DNA of 64,000 nucleotides, taken from positions 298,778,001 to 298,842,000 of the forward strand of contig OZ024742.1 in the NCBI GenBank assembly GCA_964016885.1, written 5' to 3'. The notes below the pieces were generated by a model, which made no database searches, was not told the DNA's origin, and saw nothing but the letters and a program-made list of their open reading frames with translations. Shown piece after piece: positions 59,044-64,000 of the stretch. The stretch's first letter is position 1; the number at the start of each line of letters is the position of its first letter. Made by a program: the position numbers and the translations under genes. Origin of the DNA: Eledone cirrhosa. Taxonomy: Eukaryota.

Positions 59044-59045
59044 TA
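57677..59045. repeat. (TA)n arrays interrupted by a short non-microsatellite island (57757-57928)
   Basis: Read directly. Confidence 0.95.
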
Positions 59046-59172
59046 TCTTCTCCGCTGAACCGGTGCGTACTCACGCTCTATGTAAATTGGTCTGCCCACT
59101 ACTGATTTTCATGGAAAAAGCATATAACGATATGTGCTTTTACGATTCTCCAGAAAGGCCGGTAGATAGGTA

Positions 59173-59217
59173 AATATTGCTGATGAGTTGTAACAACAAC
59201 GAAACTAGTTCAATGTT
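59173..59217 (+). ncRNA. Minimal type I hammerhead ribozyme
   Basis: aatattg CTGATGA gttgt-aaca-acaac GAAAC ta GTT caatgtt. Intact core, palindromic AACTAGTT. Confidence 0.85.
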
Positions 59218-59682
59218 CCTTGTCTGGCTTTCTGGAGAATAGAGGAAAGATGTTTCCTCGAAAACCAGTATGACTCTAAAAACCGGTTTGTCTGTGTGTT
59301 TACATACAGAATAGCTGGGTTGCTCACAGTAAAGTAACCAGTGAAAGACTTGTTACATCTGCATATGTATACGTGTGTGTATTCATATACACACTAGTAT
59401 TTCAGTATGCATATGTAGATGTACATTTTTGACTTAATTGTTTAAGCGTGAGTCATACAAAAGTGAGTTACAAACGAAACGAAATTTAATTTCGTTTCGT
59501 TATTTGTTTTTATATATATATAAATATGATAATAATGGAGCTGCGGCGCTGCAAATATATATATAGTTTTGCGAGGTTTTTTATATGAAATCGTGTGTCG
59601 AAACAAATATTGTTATACTTGGGGAGGGTCATATTTGTGTAATATTGCCAGAATTAATAACAGAACACACTCACTGTATGGT

Positions 59683-60351
59683 TGGACATGAAAGGAATTT
59701 GCTCATTATACAGGAGCAAATCATGGAATAGCTTAGATAGGGCTAGAGATAAGATAGGGAAAACCACCTCATGGTACGACAACCAGAGATACCAGAGTGT
59801 CGATTTTGTGGACGCTACCTCTGGAGGGAAATTAGCTAACCAGAAAGGTCCTGAGAAAGACCCACTTGAAAATAAAGGTGGTAGAAAAGCCAGGAACCAG
59901 CATAAAATCCCTGATCAGCAAAACCTACCCTTTTAAGAAAACCCACTGTACCAATAAGAAATGTATCATATGTAAGGTGAATCCCCGGATAAACTGTAAA
60001 ACTAGAAACGTAGTCTATAGCATAAGATGTACAGAGGGTACTTGCAGAAACATGACAACAACATACATAGGTGAGACAGCTCGTAGCATAGGTGAAAGGA
60101 TAGACCAACACTGGAGGGAACTAAAAGGACGAAAAAACGGGTCAGTACTATACGAACATGCTAGAAAACAACATGACGGTAACATAGACAACATAGAAAT
60201 TAGAATAATATCTAAACATAGAAATGACCCAGCAGATAGGCAAATCAGAGAGGCCAGTGAAATAGAAATTAGAAAACCAAGGCTAAACAGAAAGAATGAA
60301 TGGAATAACAACAACACCCAAACAAACAACACTGACCTAAGAGAAGTATAA
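59683..60351 (+). pseudogene. PLE C-terminal zinc finger and GIY-YIG endonuclease (upstream truncated copy)
   Basis: CTNKKCIIC..C, VVYSIRC..YIGETARS..R..H, RQIREA and LNRKNE. Confidence 0.9.
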
Positions 60352-60579
60352 ATAAGTAAATAAAATAAAATAAATAAATAAATACATACACAAGCATAAT
60401 AACAACAAGCACATAAACACACACTAGTCACCCATCACACAGCAAACAAAACACTATACACACACGCAAACGCATGCGCAAAGAAGACAAAATAAAATAA
60501 ACAAACAAGCAAATAAATAAATAAATATATAGACAGACTGAATAAAAATGGCGTAGACATACAATACTACAGGAGGAAA

Positions 60580-60637
60580 ATATAGCACCACTGACGATGT
60601 TGCAGATGTGCAACGAAAGATTTATGATAAACTATAT
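60580..60637 (+). ncRNA. Degenerate hammerhead in pLTR
   Basis: CTGACGA t gttgca-gatg-tgcaac GAAA gat TTA. Stem I is imperfect. Confidence 0.5.
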
Positions 60638-61098
60638 ATATGTGTGTTTGTGTCTATATTGTATCTGTATTATTTTTGACCGTCAGTCAGTCAATGGCAA
60701 CATTGAGGACCGAGTAAGTTAGATTACCGATATAAAAGACACAGAAGCGAGAAGCGAAAACCAACCATACAGTGAGTGTGTTCTGTTATTAATTCTGGCA
60801 ATATTACACAAATATGACCTTCCCCAAGTATAACAATATTTGTTTCGACACACGATTTCATATAAAAAACCTCGCAAAACTAGTTCATCGCCGCTAAGGC
60901 ATTAGCTTGTGCCAAGCTGAAAGGTTATGAAAGACAGTTTTCTGTTATATAAAAACTACAATAACAACAGAACAAATCCGCTTCTTAAAACACTGTGTTT
61001 CCTCCAAAACATACACAACAAACATATCAAAACAAGTAAATCATTTATTATTCAACAAAACACAAGCTGAACGACTAAAACACACAATAACAGTTAAT

Positions 61099-64000
61099 AT
61101 GAAAAGAACAACATACACAAAAGTCAACGATCTTTACAGACAGAAACGCATTAACGGTAAGGAAGTCCGAAATCTCACCACACCAAACGAGAGGGATAAC
61201 TTCACGAGCGTCATCCGACGTGAAACGAAATACGCCCGAAACGAATGCAATAGGCATTTCAATAAGAAATTAGAATGGATGAATAAGAAAAAACTACAAG
61301 AAAGGAAAATAGAATATTCTCAAAAATAACCAGATAACATCGACAATATCCGTATGACTGATGTAAAACTACCGGAAGAATTTACCAATGACCACACAGT
61401 AAATATTTATGGGAACACTTTAATCAGTGAACAAGAACAACAAATCCTGCGGTTACCACCAAAATTTGCCATCTACAAAAAGATTAACCCTATGGAGTGC
61501 AAAACGGAGCTGGAAAAGTGTTTCACAAAAATACGTTGGAATGCAAAGATAAACAACAACAACAATAATAACGGTAGTAGTAATATAAACAAAAAATCTG
61601 AGTATAGAAATAACAGCCATAACAATAACAATAGCAGGGAAGTGAGAAATAGTGATAATGATAAAAATACTAACGATAGACAGAACAACAATAACCACAA
61701 TAATAATAATAATAGAAACATTAACCACGGACACAGCAGCAGCGACCACAGTAGTAATAACGGTAACAATACGAACAACAACAACAATAAACAGTGGTAA
61801 TAATGGAAATAGTACATGTAGCAACATCAATGATAGACACAACAAAAACAAGAAACATAATAAAAGTAACAACCACAATGGTAGAAATAACAGTAACAAC
61901 AACAATAACGGTGAGGTAAACAACAATACATCTAGCAATCATAACAATAATAATAATGCTAATGATAGAAACAACAACAACCACCATGATAACAATAATA
62001 GCAACACACACAACTATGACGATAGATATAATGACAACCCCTTGGAGAAACTATTTTTCAACCCAGCTGACAAAACATATAAGATGGGTAATATCTATCC
62101 TACGAGGTTACCCTTTAATAAAAGAGTTTGCATACCACAACAAATAGATAACGAGACAGAGGCACAGTTCACCATAGCTAGAAATAAGATTGGACAAATA
62201 GTAGACAGGTATACTAAGACACAGAGCAGACCAGAGGCCCAACAAATTGGGAGGAAACCTGTAGAAGGCTTGGTTAGCCTCAAGCAGCGCACAAGGGATG
62301 GTGAGGTAGTATGTCTACCTACGAATAAGTCTGGTAGGATGTCAATAGATAGCATGCCGAACTACATCAAGGCTATGCAACCCCACATCACCAACACGAG
62401 CGAAATTGCACAACAAACACACGATGGGAGAGAGAAAAACCTCAACGCTCACATGACGATGTGGACTGACATCCTAAAGCCAAGCAGACGCACTGCCAAC
62501 AACTTCCAGGCGTCTAACAATGGCATACCACCCTTTATGGTCTCCGCAAAGACCACAAGACAGTCGACGACCCGACAACAGGACCACCAACAAGACCCGT
62601 ATGCGGAGCTAATGTAGCTAGTAACTACAGGATCTACTTCCTCTCAATGGTTATACGCCCCATAATCAAATGTCCCCAGATGTATGTGACAGTACAGAGG
62701 ACCTCCTCAGCAGAATCAGTGAGTGCAACAAAAACAGGAACCTATCCAACTGCATAATAGGCAGCATGGATGTGGTGTCACTGTACCCATCCATTAACAT
62801 TGATTTTGCTGTGAAAAGATGTGTGGAGATGATCATTGGGAGTGAGGTGGAGTTCTGCGACGTCGACACAGACGAACTGGGCCTCCTACGACACTGACTA
62901 CCTAGACAGCCATGACCTTAGACGTTTCTGCCCTAGTAGACCTATAAAAGGTAGACCCCCCCACCATAACCTCAATGGCAAAAAAGACTCCCATGCGAAG
63001 GTGGATTGGGAGGATCAAAGCTATACGGACCCCCCAAAACAATGATCAGGTAAGAAAAATGGTCGCACATGCAATAGAGGCTAGTATCAAAACTACCCTA
63101 AAGGGCCACATATTTAGGTTCAACGAGAAGATCTACAACCAAAATGAGGGAGCAGCCATCGGCGTCAGCATAGCTGGTGATGTTGCCAACCTTTTCATGG
63201 TATGGTGGGAAAGGAGACTTAAAGATCTCCTTAATGAGAGCTTCATATACCTCATTATGTACTCTCGTTATGTAGACGATATCAATATAGTTATAAGAAC
63301 ACCCCCACTAGAGAGTACTAACAAGTTTGATTTAGAACGTAGCACGATGGAAAGCATCCAGCAGATAGATAATTCCATACACCAGAGTATAACTGTAACT
63401 ATCGACTTCCCTTCCAAACACCCTAACAATAGACTACCTGTATTAGACACAGAATTCTGGATTAACACTATAGACGAGAGAGCCCAAATTCTCCACTCAC
63501 ACTATACTAAACCCATGGCCTCTAAATACCTGATACTAAAAAACTCAGCAAGTTTAATATTCTGATCGCAGATTTGGTACGAGTGATGAAGAATGTGTCC
63601 CGCATGTACGACCCAACAGAAATGGTAAGACACATCCAACACTTCATCAACCGCATGCAGTTCTCTGGCTACAACCAAAGAGAGAGAGTCAGAGTATACG
63701 AGGGAGCCATGGAGAAGTATAAGACCCTCATAGAACTGGACATGAAAGGAATTTGCCCATTATACAGGAGCAAATCATGGAATAGCTTAGATAGGGCTAG
63801 ACATAAGATAGGGAAAGCCAGCTCATGGTACGACGACCAGAGATACCAGGGTGTCATGTTTGTGGACGCTACCTCTGGAGGGAAATTAGCTAACAAGTGT
63901 AGAAAGGCCCTGAGAAAGACCCACTTGAAAATAAAGGTGGTAGAAAAGCCAGGAACCACCATAAAATCCCTGATCGGCAAAACCTACCCTTTTAAGAAAA
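61099..64000 (+). pseudogene. PLE reverse transcriptase ORF, frameshifted, with an Asn-rich insert
   Basis: LPPKFAIY, PTNKSGR, GSMDVVSLYPSI, GAAIGVSIAGDVANLFM, YSRYVDDI, LPVLD and HYTKPMA. Confidence 0.9.

Larger units (their letters stand above)
59564..64000 (+). mobile_element. Penelope-like element of a second clade in partial tandem (inverted 122-bp cap, truncated copy, longer copy running off the window)
   Basis: 59564-59685 is the reverse complement of 60761-60882. 59683-59941 is repeated at 63737-64000. Confidence 0.9.

Overview
Eukaryotic, AT-rich, repeat-saturated DNA with no confidently identifiable host exon. The SINE and simple-repeat content resembles cephalopod (Octopus-like) genomes; this is inference only. 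Contents: (1) three head-to-tail Tx1/L1-clade LINEs separated by (ATCT)n; (2) three large and several fragmentary Penelope-like elements (PLEs) embedded in (TA)n, with inverted or tandem pseudo-LTRs; (3) RTE/BovB-like and R4/Dong-like LINE relics; (4) about ten tRNA-derived SINE copies; (5) kilobase (TA)n arrays, which account for the many I/Y-rich ORFs. The main signal beyond this is a dense set of type I hammerhead ribozyme motifs. Two lie in non-coding ~0.5-kb tandem units that resemble retrozymes. Three hammerheads with enlarged stem II can each form an alternative hairpin that places the CUGANGA core in a loop. Also noted: a candidate recursive splice site, covarying Tx1 3'UTR hairpins and apparent arm-to-arm conversion in a 2.4-kb inverted repeat. 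All coordinates and pairings were read by eye, and boundaries are approximate.
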